The translations under genes were made by a program, and so were the position numbers. From assembly GCF_009834535.1 (NCBI RefSeq), contig NC_045696.1, positions 85,438,001 through 85,502,000 on the forward strand: a DNA stretch of 64,000 bases. Reading direction: 5' to 3'. Source of the stretch: Camelus ferus. Taxonomy: Eukaryota. A model generated the notes under the pieces. It did no database searches. It saw nothing but the letters and a program-made list of their open reading frames with translations, and had not been told where the DNA came from. Shown here piece after piece: positions 38,331 through 50,579 of this stretch; position 1 is the stretch's first letter; each line of letters begins with the position of its first letter.

Positions 38331-39329
38331 TTCTTCTAAGAATGATTATTATAGCCTATGAAATCCCTCATTAACTTCAAAATCAACCCCAGGAATATTC
38401 CCTTTGACAGAAGATCAGGATAATCACCCCCATATTCAAAATGCAAACTGCATTACTCAAAAACTGACCAAGAGGCCTGCTGAAGCACAAGATTTTCCAC
38501 TTGATCACTAAATTACATCTAATAACTGTCTACTGTTTTATGTTCACAGAAAAAAACAAGAAAATCAATGAAACACTATTCAAAAGTTCATAAGTCACTG
38601 GAAAATGTATCCAAAAAAGGTTTAACTATGTATCCAACTGTTTTAAACATAGGTGTTCAGAGTGTATTTGTTCTACAGAAAAATATGGTGCTTGAGAAGA
38701 CAATTCTGTGAGCTAGAATGACTGGGGTCAGATTCCACAGTTTTCCCACATGTAAGATAAAAGTAGTAAAAGTGCTGACCTCACAGGGCTCTTTGGGGTT
38801 AAATATGTTAATATGCCTGTGCTGTTGATATTGTTGTTGTTGTTGCCATCCTTATTATTATTTTCTTTAAAGACGTGTAATGATAAACTAGTTTAAAAAT
38901 CATGGCTATATCTTGTTCTTAATAGTTTTTCTGTATAAAGGATACATTCTTTTTAATAAAACATGTACTGGAAAATTCCATCTAAGGCATTTTCTGAGTT
39001 GAATTTTGAGCCATAAGCAATAAGATTTCAACATTAAAAATGTATTGTATATAAATGACTTTATACTGAGTTCCAACTAAAAATAATTGCTGATCAAGGT
39101 GTTAAAATATAAAGTAAAAAGTTATCTCATATATATTGTATATTATTTATTTGGCTTCTTATTCTCTTCCTCAGTTTACCTGAATGGAGATAAAGCATAT
39201 TGTACAAGATGATCACTATGAAACTTTCAGCCTAAAGGTTTATGATTGTATTCTAACATTTTCAAAGGGAGTTATTGCACTCTCAATACTAAGTAACAAG
39301 CACCTCAATCTTTGCTAAAAGATAAGATT

Positions 39330-39568
39330 GAAAAACCCACCACTATTATATACAATGGTGAAAAACTAAAAGCTTTTCCTCTAAGGTCAGGATCAAGGCA
39401 ATGATGTCCCACTCTTGCCATTTTTATTCAACCTAGTACTAGAAGTCTAGCTAGAGCAATTTGACAAGAAAAAGAGATAAATCAGAAAGGAAGGAGTAAA
39501 ATTTCCTTGTTTTCACATGATGTGGACTTATATGAAGAAAACCTTAAAGACTCCACACACAAAAACAG
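39330..39568 (+). mobile_element. Isolated L1 ORF2 reverse-transcriptase fragment
   Basis: Decayed NGEKLKAFPLRSG.RQ.CPL..LFNLVLEV...RQEKEI...F.DD..LY.ENLKDST. Confidence 0.85.
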
Positions 39569-39929
39569 CATTAGGTAATTATCTAAAAATCATGAAAATT
39601 TCTCAAATAACAGTAAATTCAGATGCCTTAAAAAGCCCTGTTTTATTAAAAAGTAGGCAGAAGACCAATATGTAATCACAGTTCTTCAGTGAATTCTGTA
39701 TTCTCAGAAAATTCACTTGATTTTAGACAATTCAGCAAGTACATTTACTGAAAGAGAACTATCACACTTGCTTTACGCATATTCAGTTTTATGATCAAGT
39801 AAAATATAAAAAAGTACTAAAATTTATTTTAAAATATGATATAATGGAAAACACTTATTTAAATAATGGCTTTCACTCTGACATATCTTAAATTTTGTTC
39901 ATCTTAGCATTCACACTGAAAACAAAATT

Positions 39930-40290
39930 TCACTTATTCAACAAATATTTTTTGAGCTTACTGCCAATTAGATGCTAGTCCCTGTTCCAGGGGCTTTAGC
40001 TAAATCATGGAGTAAAACAGACAAATATCCCTGTGGGATTATTATCTTGCTGGATACCAGAGTATAATATCTTCACTGTTTCTGGTTGGTCATAAATCCC
40101 ATCAAGCTTTTTGCCAAGGGCTGCCAAATAGGGAGCTCTTCCATTTACACAATGGTAGAAAACACTCATTCATTCGACTAATACTTACTGAGTATTTACT
40201 ATGTTCCCAGCACTGTTCTAGGCTCTTCAGACAGTGTTGCTGAAAAATACACAATACTCCTTCCTTAGTGACATTTATATTCCAGTACAG
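39930..40290 (-). mobile_element. Two L2 3' tails, antisense
   Basis: 'ttattcaacaaatattttttgagcttactg' and 'cattcattcgactaatacttactgagtatttactatgttcccagcactgttctagg'. Confidence 0.7.
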
Positions 40291-41784
40291 GATACATATA
40301 CATGTGGATCCTATCTATCTTCCTGAAAGGGTTTTGAAAAATAAATATGAAAATGAAAAAATGGCAGTAACTTAGCAATAGCATGAAGTTGATGTCCATT
40401 AAATGGTAGCTAAAAATAATCTTTGTATAAATTTGTATTAACGAGAAGAAAATGTATTTATTGCTAATACTGATGTACTGTCAAGATGAATAGTTTTATT
40501 AAGTCATTAATTTAAGATAGTATCTATTCAAATTTTATTAAGGTTATTGGTGCATAGTAGGGAGATATTAGGTGAATTTATCAAAAAACAAATTTCAACA
40601 CTTTGAAGTTATAGGAAACTAAAAGTATTTCTCCACCTGGGAACTTAGTGAATGGCAGCCTTTTTCTCATTGTGGAGTTGGCAGGTAATGACTGAGCAGA
40701 ATGCATGGTGAGATTGCCAATTAGCGACAATGCAGGCAATACAGCATTGCATGGAGTAAGACACTAATTCTGTAGGGCAAATTACTAACAGAATATGTTT
40801 CTGGTAGAAACTGTATTGGCAATTGCCTGGGAAATTGAAAAAGATCACAATGCAATTGTAGGCTGCTTAACACCAGATCTCCACAGGTAAAGGGAAAGCT
40901 CTGAATTATAGCATTTACAAATTTCTTCAGTGTTCTAATTTCATACTGTTCAATTATTATAATGACTTGTTTATTCTGTATTACCAGGGAATGAAGCAAA
41001 TTATTACTGAAACATAGATGCACCTAAAAAATAATTCATACATGAAGAAAGAGAATATATAATGAAACACTCATGTGTCGATGCCTCAGAAAGAAAAATG
41101 TTAACAGAAACATATTTCCTTTAGATAAGGGTATCTTAGTTTTGAAAACCATGTTTTCATTAAAAAAAAATTGGTTAAAGAATGTTCAGAATAAACATAA
41201 ATTAGTCCACAATTTTTGAAAAAAATCAAGACAAAAATTCTAAGACCTGGAATAGTCTTGATTATTTAATGTAAAAATAATGTAAAACTTTTTTAAAAAT
41301 AAGGTAACCCCAGATGTTATTTAAGTTTATCTATGAGTCAAAAGTATAAGGAAAAGGTACTTTCTACATTTTATACATGTATATGTGTTTTGAAGTATGT
41401 TATGAAATAACTTCTGACATCAACTACCTAGCATTTGGTCAAACTTCAAGGTTAAGGATACACTCCTCCACAAGAATAACAAATAAAATTGTAAATGTAA
41501 ATTTATAAATGTTATTTTTAAGTCCGATAGCTCTTCTACTTTTTACCCATCTGACCGGATGAAACTTATAAGCAATAAAGGAATATGTAGGGCCCTGCGA
41601 CCACAATATCTGACGAGTTCACTTAAATTTACTCAATTAATCTTTTAAACAAATCTGACTGGAAGGTGTGATTATCTGCATTTTTACAGTTAAGGAAAGT
41701 AGTCAGAAAGATTAAGTTCACATAAGTGACTACCAGAGCCTAATTTAGGTTATGGTTTTCCAGATTACTTATCTAAATGGTAGA

Positions 41785-42100
41785 GTTAGGTTAGATCAGG
41801 CTAGGTTATGCTATGGTAACAAAATCTATTAAAATCTTAGTGGCTTAACATAACAAAAAAAATCAATTTTCATTCATGTACATACAGAACCGTGGGAATC
41901 CCAAACATATTAGATACTCAGGAGCCAGGTTATACAGAAGCTTAATCATGATTCAGGTTTTCATGGAAGAGGAAAGTGGAAAATCATGAACAGTTGGAAA
42001 GTTTCTGCTTTGGTCATTAGTTTGGTTTCAAAGAGGCAACAAAGGAGGATTCTAGTGTGGGTCCAGAAGAAGAGTGGAGCATATTTAACAGGATGTAAAC
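41785..42100 (-). mobile_element. Old MLT1 LTR remnant
   Basis: 'caggctaggttatgctatggtaacaaaa...atcttagtggcttaacataacaaaa'. Confidence 0.65.
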
Positions 42101-43265
42101 AGCTGTAACGGCTACAACTTTCACCTATTTTTTGTTTGTATGAATTCAGATTACTTTGTTACACATTACTTCTGTAATGATGACAATAAAAAGCTACACT
42201 GGTGATGACTCCGGAATAAGCAAGCATCCCGTATATAACTTTAATGCAGTGCTTTAAAACACACTTATTCCCATTTCCATTTCACTAGCGTCCGCCTAGA
42301 AGATGAGTTTATCTGATGATGTAATCTAAGCAAAGACAGGCATTCGATGCCTTGATTCAAATAAATTAATGATATGAGAATTCTGGCATTGTGTTTTTGC
42401 AACCAAAGTAATATTCTGAGGTAGAATCTGGTCATATCCATATAGGAAAATCATTTAGTTTAAGGTCCAGGAACAACATGAAAATAGTAAAGCAAAACAG
42501 GCATTTCTCTATTCTCTCTCACATATATGCTTAAATAGAAGTACGAGAAGAAACATATACTTTATTGCCCAAATAAGAACCTTTTGAAGAGTGAAAGGAA
42601 ACATAATAGTTACAGGAGGACAACAAGTATTAAGCAGGACTGTTCTACATAAACTGGAATACGTTATCATCCTAAAAATGTTCAGAAAGAAACTAACTCT
42701 ATCATTTAAAAATTGGTTAGTCTTTCCTTTTCTTTCTAGGCCATGAATATATACACATAGTAGTTCCAGTTGGGAATGCATGTGTTCACCTGTTTGCTCA
42801 TTTGATGAACATTTATGTATATACTTTGTGCCAGGCATTGGCATAAAGAGAGAAGAATTAATTTGGTTTAGATGAAAATTACAAAATAGAATTACAGGCC
42901 AACAAACATGATTCATAGTTAAGAAGCATTCAGCTGATATGTTTTGTGATGCTTAAATGAAGCAGATGATGATGTCATAATTTTGTAGGATGCTCTAAAA
43001 AATTTTCCCAAAACTTAACGTTAAATTATTTACTTAATTTAAAAATCTAAAGTATTTTCCGTATACAAGAACCTAAATTTATCTGTACATATAATATAAT
43101 TTTTATGCTTAAAATTAAATTAATGAGTTAAATTTTCATCTAAAATTTTCGCTTAGTGATCTAAGTCTCATTAAGTAACTTTCAGTTATCTCAAAGACAT
43201 TGAATTTAAAAATAAGAACCCTATAATGGATAAAATCTCTTTTAAAAGTTCAGTATGATAGAAGC

Positions 43266-43742
43266 TGTAAAACAAGGAATTCTGCTCACTATCTGATACT
43301 ATAAGAATTAAGGCATTAGCCATTGCAGTCACTGACCTACAGTGCATCCTAAAAGGAATTCAGCATGAAGAACAGGATAAGGCACTCTACGCTTTAGGAA
43401 AACAAGCAAAACAGGCACTTAGATAGTTAGATACATTCTAGGAAACATGTTTATGAACCTGGTTTCTTTCATCTTCCCAAACTTAGAAAAGCACTAAAAT
43501 TATTAACCAATAAATCTGTTCCTTATGATGGCAGTAACCTTCTACCAAGATGTATGTTGAATTGCACATACTCCTTAGCTAAAAATCACATATGCACTGC
43601 CTTCTCCAGCCACTCCCCTACCTCTTCAGAGTAGCTTCTCAAAGCTGTCTGAGAGGCTGTCTACCCAGCTATAGATCTCAATAAGACAGTGAATAAGACT
43701 CAACTCACAGATCATACTTTGCACACTTTTTTCCAGTTGACA
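43266..43742 (+). mobile_element. ERV1-class solo LTR (cetartiodactyl MER41-like family)
   Basis: TGT...ACA ends, near-TSD aagc/aagt; shares 'agaaaagcactaaaat' and 'ctgtctgagaggctgtct' blocks with 46493-47014. Confidence 0.75.
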
Positions 43743-44016
43743 AAGTGTTTCATACTTGGACTTTAAATGTAATAACATAAAGATTTTTAAAGCAGTATTT
43801 TCTAGTTCTAACATTCTTAAGTCTGTATTTTTGTTTTGTGTTTTTTTTTTCTTTTGAAAAAGTAACATTTTTCTTAAATTATTTCTAATTATTTCTAGAC
43901 AAATTAATAAGACCTGGTATTGTTTGAGGTACTGAATATTAAGAAAAATTACTCTTATTTTAAAAATAGGAAGAGCAATTTTTGAAAAAAAAAGGTGAGA
44001 TTAAAAAGGGTTATGT

Positions 44017-45090
44017 GAAAGAAAATATTTGCAAATGATGCAGCTGACAAGGGCTTAATTTCTAAAATATACAAATAGCTCGTACACTGCAATATCAAAA
44101 AAATCAAACAACCCAATCAAAAAACAGGCAGAAAACGTAAATAGACATTTCTCCAAAGAAGTCATAAAGGTGGCCAACAGGAACATGAAAAGATGTTCAA
44201 CATCATTAATTATTAGAGGAAAGCAAATCAAAATTTCAATGAGGGTTCACCTCACACCAGTCAGAAAGGCCATAATAAAAAAGTCTCCAAATAATAAATG
44301 CTAGAGAGAGTGTGGAGAAAAGCAAACACTCCTACCCTGTTGGTGGGAATGTAAATTGGTGCAGCCACTATGGAGAACATTATGGTGGTTCCTTAAAAAC
44401 TAAAAATAGAGTTAACATGTGATCCAGCACTCCTGGGCATATATCTAGAGGTAACTGTAATTCAAAAAGATACATGTACCCCAATGTTCACTGCAGCACT
44501 GTTTACAATAGCCAAGATATGAAAGCAACCTATGGGTCTATGGATAGATGACTGTATAAAAAAGCTGTGGCTTATTTATACAACGGAATACTACTTGGCC
44601 ATAGAAAAGAATAAAATAATGCCATTTGCAGCATCATGGATGGACTTGGAGACTGTCATTCTAAGTGAAGTAAGTCAGAAAGAGAAAGAAAAATACCATA
44701 TGATATCACTTATATGTAGAATTTAAAAAAATGACAAATGAACTTATTTCCAAACAGAAACAGACTTACAGATAGAAAATAAACTTATGGTTACCACGGG
44801 TGGAAGAGGGTGGGAAGGGATAAATTAGGAGTTCAAGATTTGCAGGTACTAACTACTATATATAAAATAGATAAACAACAAGTTTATACAGTATGGCACA
44901 GGGAACTATATTCAGTATCTTGTAGTAATCTATAATAAAAAAGAATATGAAAACAAATATATGTATGTATATGTATGACTGGAACTATTATGCTGTACAC
45001 CAGAAATTGACACAACATTGTAAACTGACTATACTTAAATAAAAATTAATTAACTAATTAATTTTAAAAATAAAAGCTTTATTTATTTTA
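44017..45090 (+). mobile_element. 5'-truncated younger L1 with camelid-type 3' UTR
   Basis: ORF2 tail WIDDCIKKLWLIYTTEYYLAIEKNKIMPFAASWMDLETVILSEVSQKEKEKYHMISLIC. 3' UTR ends 'gctgtacaccagaaattgacacaacattgtaaactgactatactt'. Near-TSD aa(a)gggttatgt / aagaggttatgt. Confidence 0.92.
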
Positions 45091-46492
45091 AAATAAGAGG
45101 TTATGTAATTTTAAAATGACATAGGAATTTGGAATATACAGAGAATTTAATGTGTTTTGATGAATGAAATATTTTAATCACAAATCAGTTTTAGCTGTGA
45201 AGAGAATTTAAAGGTTATCTAAAAATACACTAAAGATAAACCCAAACAAAATAACCATACTAAGTGATTCCCTAAAAACTAAATAACATATATGACCCAC
45301 ATTAATAGCTAATCTAAAATAGCAGTGATAGCTTAGTTACTCATCCAGGACTTTCTGCACTTAAGAAATGAAACCAAGGCACCCAGCAAATGGACAGAAA
45401 ACCACTAGCATGAAGGATTCCCACAAATATAGCTTACAGCTCACAGCTAAATGTTGAATAGCACATGAGGAAACCTGTCTCATGAGGGTAGACACAACAG
45501 ACAACTTCAACTTTTATCTGAAATTATCTTTTAATATTACCCTGAGATATTACAAATGTATATTCAAATAGTTAACTAAGGTGCTTTGATTACAGAAATA
45601 AACAATCAGGAGAGGTGGTATTTTTTCCAGCAACAAAATATCCAAGAAGTGTCACAAGGAACAGAGACATGGCTAAGTCAGAGGTATTTGTGGCAGAGAA
45701 TTGCATAAAGCGTCAGACGTAGAGCGGTGAAAGGAGGAAGAAAATAAAGGGAAAGAAAGGAGGAGAACAAAGATGTTCAGTAACTTAATGCAAAGAGAAA
45801 AGGAAATTACAGATGTAGAGACTGTGAATTTTTAAAAAGTTACCAAAAGGATCTGATAAGAAAGACAAACGTATGTCTGTCAGTGACAATGAATGCTGCC
45901 TCTGAAAGTACTAATAACACAGAGGAGAGTCAATGGGAGAGTGGTAAGACCTGAATTCCCTTTAAAAATGCAAGGCAAGGTAAACCACAGAGGAAACACC
46001 AGAAGAAGATGAATAGAAACGAAAGTAAGTCACATTTCACATTTCCTTTATCATTTAAAACTCTTTCAGATTGCATCAAACTATCAAGTATTTGCACTTC
46101 CTCTTTTTCCTTATCCACCACTTTAACTTTCACATGCTCTTGAGTAAAATGAGAATTTTATTTTCCCTGGCATCACTCCATCTTCCTCATCCTTCTCACC
46201 TCTTTCTCCTTTTCTTTCAACTGTTATCTCTTATTAAAAAGATTCTATGCCACTCAGCATTGTGTTTTAATGCAGTGAACCTTCATTTTGTTAAGTACGA
46301 GTCTGAAAAGAAATTTTTTTAAAAGTGTAACTTCAGGTATAATATATTAACAGGGAGGTTGTTTTCCATATTTTAACATTAACATTACCACAAAACAGGC
46401 AGAGGCAGACCATCCCAATAATGTCTCTGTAAGGACAGATTATGACTGTTTTCTCAGTATTAGAAATAAAACTCGGTCGATACATACGGGTT

Positions 46493-47014
46493 TGCTAACC
46501 AAAAATTGGCCCTTGCCATCTGCCTCTACAAGGATTGAACCATGTTGGCACTTGCCATCTACCTCTGCTTGGATTAAATCATAAACTGCTGCAGCCACTG
46601 ACCTCCAGCACTCCCTGAAAGGAGTTCAGGATGGAGATCAGGAATGAGGTGCTCTGTGCCTGGGAAAACTGGCTGAACAGGCCTTCCAATTGTTAGTTAG
46701 ATATTTTCAGAAGGTTTTATGAGCCCAATTCTTGCGTCTCCTCATATCTAGAAAAGCACTAAAATCACTAACTGTGAAATCCGATCCTCGTGGCTAGCAG
46801 CAAGTCTCTGCCTAAATGTGCCAACTACATTGCCTTTGACTGTAGGTGCCCCCTTTTACTGAAATCATATATAATACTGAGTTTTCTCCCTGCTTCTTTG
46901 GAACAGTTTCTCAGAGCTATCTGAGATGCTGTCTCCCAGGCTATCGTCCACATTTTGCCCCAAATAAAACTTAACCCGCAACTCTCACATTTCGTTATTT
47001 TATTTTAGTCGATA
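46493..47014 (+). mobile_element. ERV1-class solo LTR, same family as 43266-43742
   Basis: 4-bp TSD ggtt (46489-46492 / 47015-47018); AATAAA near 46963; internal ~38-bp tandem duplication at ~46506-46582. Confidence 0.85.
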
Positions 47015-47980
47015 GGTTTGAGTATTGTGACGTTACCTATGGTGGCCTATCTTGTGTAATGTTTAAGAGGACATAATTTAACACCTTCCTGGCTGAGATT
47101 TAGACTCTGATAAACTGAGATAAAGAGAAGTGGAGGAAATTTTCCTAGAATATGTGTATATTTGTATTAACTTACTAATTTTCTCTGTGGTATGTCCTGA
47201 ACAATTAATTTTATTTTCAATTCTCATGTCTATTCCATAATTTGTATGCTTTTGTTTTGTTGTTTAAATTCAATCCAACCTAATTAAAAACTTCTGAAAT
47301 GTTATAATTAATTAACTATAGGGACGCACTCAGATTCCAGAGTTGGTATAAAGATTATTATAAAGTAAAAACATTTGAGCTGCAGAGGATCCAAAAAGAA
47401 CTCTTATCTGGATTTCCCTCAACCAACTAAAGCAGGGCCTTCTGAAAATAGGGTTGCCATTAACCCTCCTCTGAAGGAGTTTCCGTGAATTCAGCTGCTG
47501 AGAAGAGAGACTGCCCATTCCCGTTAATATCAAAAAAGCCCAGTAGCACCTTTCATACTTTCCCATTGTTGCCCTACACTTTCCCTTTTTGTTAAGTGTG
47601 GTATATACACTATTATCTCTGGCTAGTCAGTTACTTACTTATTACTGAGCAACTCTCACGTGCAAGTATAAATAAACTGTGTCTTCTCCAGTTCATCTGT
47701 CAATTGTCAGTCAACTGGCAGGCCCTCACTACCCGACCTGAGCTGGAAGAGAAGAAAGCTTTTCCTTTCAACGGTCTTCTTGACTAGGACAGGGTGGTGG
47801 GGACTCTCTGCTTGGTAAAGACTGCAGCTGAGATCTCGAGCCTCTGAATAAGCCAACAATGGTGAACTATTTTTAACAGTCTGATTCCTGGATCTCTGCT
47901 CACGGGTCTCTGCTCAGAGGCAGTAAGAGCCTCTTCTTGCATTTTCTAAAAGAGATTTTTCATGTAAAATATTGCACTAA

Positions 47981-48545
47981 TGTTAGGCAGTGAGGTAGAA
48001 ATGAGCACCAGGCAGGGGGAGAGAAAGGGGAAAGGAACAACCCAGAAAATAACAGTACACCTGTGCTCGGGATAAGGGGTTCCAAAGACTTACTTTCTCT
48101 GAGTGAGGGCCAACAAGGAAGCCAGCTAGGACTGAACACTGCAGCTGCACAGTAGAGAGAAGGACTTGGCTCAACCTGACCCAGTGCTCATTGTAATGTA
48201 ATTAACATTGCAGTTTGAGCCCCCTCCTGTTGATTTCTCTGTGTGCTTCATGGGTAAGAACCTGGACAAAAAGGATGGGCATGCCTGAGCACAAGGAACT
48301 GAGCCATCAATCAATCAGTCACAAAAGCACCCCTAAGCCAGGACATACAGGAGAAACAAAGGAGAGGCGTCATTTTTCCTCTCTTGGATCGGCCCGCTCC
48401 CAATTCTCAGGATTTCACTATATTTTACTACTTTTTTACTAATGAAATCTTGTTTATATCACGTTTTCTGTCTCTTGTTAAAAATTCATATTTTTTCAGG
48501 CGACTAAAAACTGAGGTAACTCTTATTTTCCTCCTCCTGGTAACA
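47981..48545 (+). mobile_element. Solo LTR (tgttaggcag...ggtaaca), same family as 57155-57766
   Basis: TGTTA/TAACA terminal inverted repeats; near-TSD ctaa/ttaa. Confidence 0.85.
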
Positions 48546-48632
48546 TTAATAATTGTTTATCTCTGATTACATGTTGAAATTACATCACTTTAGACACATT
48601 AGGTTTAATAACAGCTGTAATTAAAATAAAAA

Positions 48633-49175
48633 AACAGATGAATAGATAAAGAAGTTGTGGTGTGGTGTATATATATATATAATATATATATATAATGGAG
48701 TACTACTCAGCCATAAAAAGAAAGAAATAATGCCATCTGCAGCAACATGGATAGACCTAGAGATTATCGTACTAAGTGAAGTAAGTCAGAGAAGGACAAA
48801 TATCATATGACATCACTTATAAGTGGAGTCTAAAAAAATGATACAAATGAACTTATTTACAAAACAGAAACAAAATCACAAACACAGAAAACAAATTTAT
48901 GGTTATCAAAGGAGAAAGGAGGGTGATAAATTAGGAGTTTGGGATTAACATATTCACATTACTATATATAAAGTAGATAACCAACAAGGGCTTACTATAC
49001 AGCACAAGGAATTATATTCAATATCTTGTAATGATCTATAAAGGAAAAGAATCTGAAAAAAAAGATTTATATATCTATATCTCTATCTATCTATATATAT
49101 CTGAATCACTTTACTGTACACCTGAAACTAACACATCATAAATCAACTATACTTCAATGAAAAAAAATGTAAAAA
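48633..49175 (+). mobile_element. Artiodactyl-type L1 3' end (L1_Art-like)
   Basis: 'gcagcaacatggatagacctagagattatc...gaatcactttactgtacacctgaaactaacac...aatcaactatacttcaat' plus A-tail. Confidence 0.9.
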
Positions 49176-49354
49176 AAAGAGATTTTTCAAAATTTAGATT
49201 TATAGTAGAAAACTTTAGGTTAGAACTAGTTCTCTGGATATTGTGACTCTTGATGTATATATATCACTACTGTATCCTGTTTGTCCTTCTCTTTTGTGTT
49301 GTGGTTTTGTGGAGAATCATAAGGTAGAACACAGGCATACATCTTATAAGCCTG

Positions 49355-49823
49355 TGAAAGGGTTCGGAACTACCCTCCCCAAACTGTGCCATTGTGGATT
49401 GCTTTGAGTTGAAAACATTGCAGTTCTAAAAGATACAGGAAGAGCTTTTTACCTCCTCTTCAATTGTCTAAAATAATTTAGAGGGGTTCTGACTCAGAGA
49501 GAGAAAGTTATTGCCAGAGAAAACTTTTATCTAAATGACCTATGTTTATTAGAGTAAACATCTAATTACCAAATATCTGCTTTTCCCAGTGTCCTATGAA
49601 TTAACCCTCCTCCTCTTTGAAGCCCTGCAGCCCTATCCCATTCCTTAGCTTAGGATGGTGTATCAGCCTCAACTGCTTGACTGCCTTTGGGTCTCATATT
49701 TTAAAGAGGCTCCCACATATGTACCTAATTATTTTTCTCCTGTTAATCTGTCTTCTGCTAATTTGATTATTAGATCTGCCAAAGAACCAAGAAGGGTAGA
49801 GAAAAAATTTGTCCTCCTCAACA
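49355..49823 (+). mobile_element. MER34A-like solo LTR nested in the provirus
   Basis: TG...CA ends with perfect 4-bp TSD cctg; 'ttttctcctgttaatctgtctt...aagggtagagaaaaaattt'. Confidence 0.85.
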
Positions 49824-50553
49824 CCTGTTGCTTGAACCCACCTCACAGGCTGGTGAGTTTGTGGGTCACCAGTAGCACTGGATAAGGTTCTCCTTCCATC
49901 TTAATTTTATATCCTAAAAACTTGGCTTGGATCCAGAGAGAGTTCTCTTTGGTTTTCTGCTTGCCTGGGGTGGGGCTGGAGGGCAAATTGTGAGATCTGT
50001 GATTGGAGGTTAGGTTGGGGGCTGAGTTATTTGTAGCCAGCTGGGCAGAAATGTGGGCAACCTGGACAGCCCATTTGCTGCTGTCATCTTACTGATCATT
50101 GCCAGCTTTCCGGGATTTCATTTGAGCAAAAATACAAGGTCTCAGCCCATAAGGACTCTTCATTCTCTCCTGTCGCCTTTGCTTACTGCCTATAGCAATG
50201 AGTGTCCTTGCTTTTTTCTCTTTGACTATTTTTTGGTATGGGGACTACATTTTCTGTGTCCTTTGGGGACAAATTTTGTGTCCATAATTAAGCCATAAAA
50301 ACTCTTTTGGGTTGAGCCACATTAAAATGAGTATACTCTCTGAAGCTAGGTTAGAATCCCAAGCTTCTTTTTTTGGAAGAAACCTCTAAGGATAATCTAG
50401 AAGTTTAATGGCTCCTTTGAGAAATGTCATCCTCTGAAGCTGGCTTCACTAAGACCTTCCCTTCCTACTCCAGCCCCTCAATTCTCTGTAGTTACTGGAA
50501 CTTTAGGCCCCCCTGATACTCCTCAGTGAATCTCAAAGGAATCAAGGACTCTC

Positions 50554-50579
50554 AAAAAAAAAAAAAAAAAAAAAAAAAA
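50554..50579 (+). repeat. Pure poly(A)26 tract
   Basis: Read directly. Confidence 0.95.

Noticed and set aside
41547..41609. CpG-containing 63-nt minus-strand segment open in two frames with a GG|GTAAAA donor
   Set aside because: Acceptor lacks a pyrimidine tract and the donor is weak; too little support.
42509..42916. Longest ORF in the track (135 aa, minus)
   Set aside because: Runs through an L2 tail (~42790-42850), has no recognisable domain, and has the composition of AT-rich non-coding DNA.
46506..46582. ~38-40 bp direct repeats here and at 55262-55341, superficially CRISPR-like
   Set aside because: Only two adjacent imperfect copies with no spacers, inside LTRs; ordinary LTR tandem duplications in a mammalian genome.
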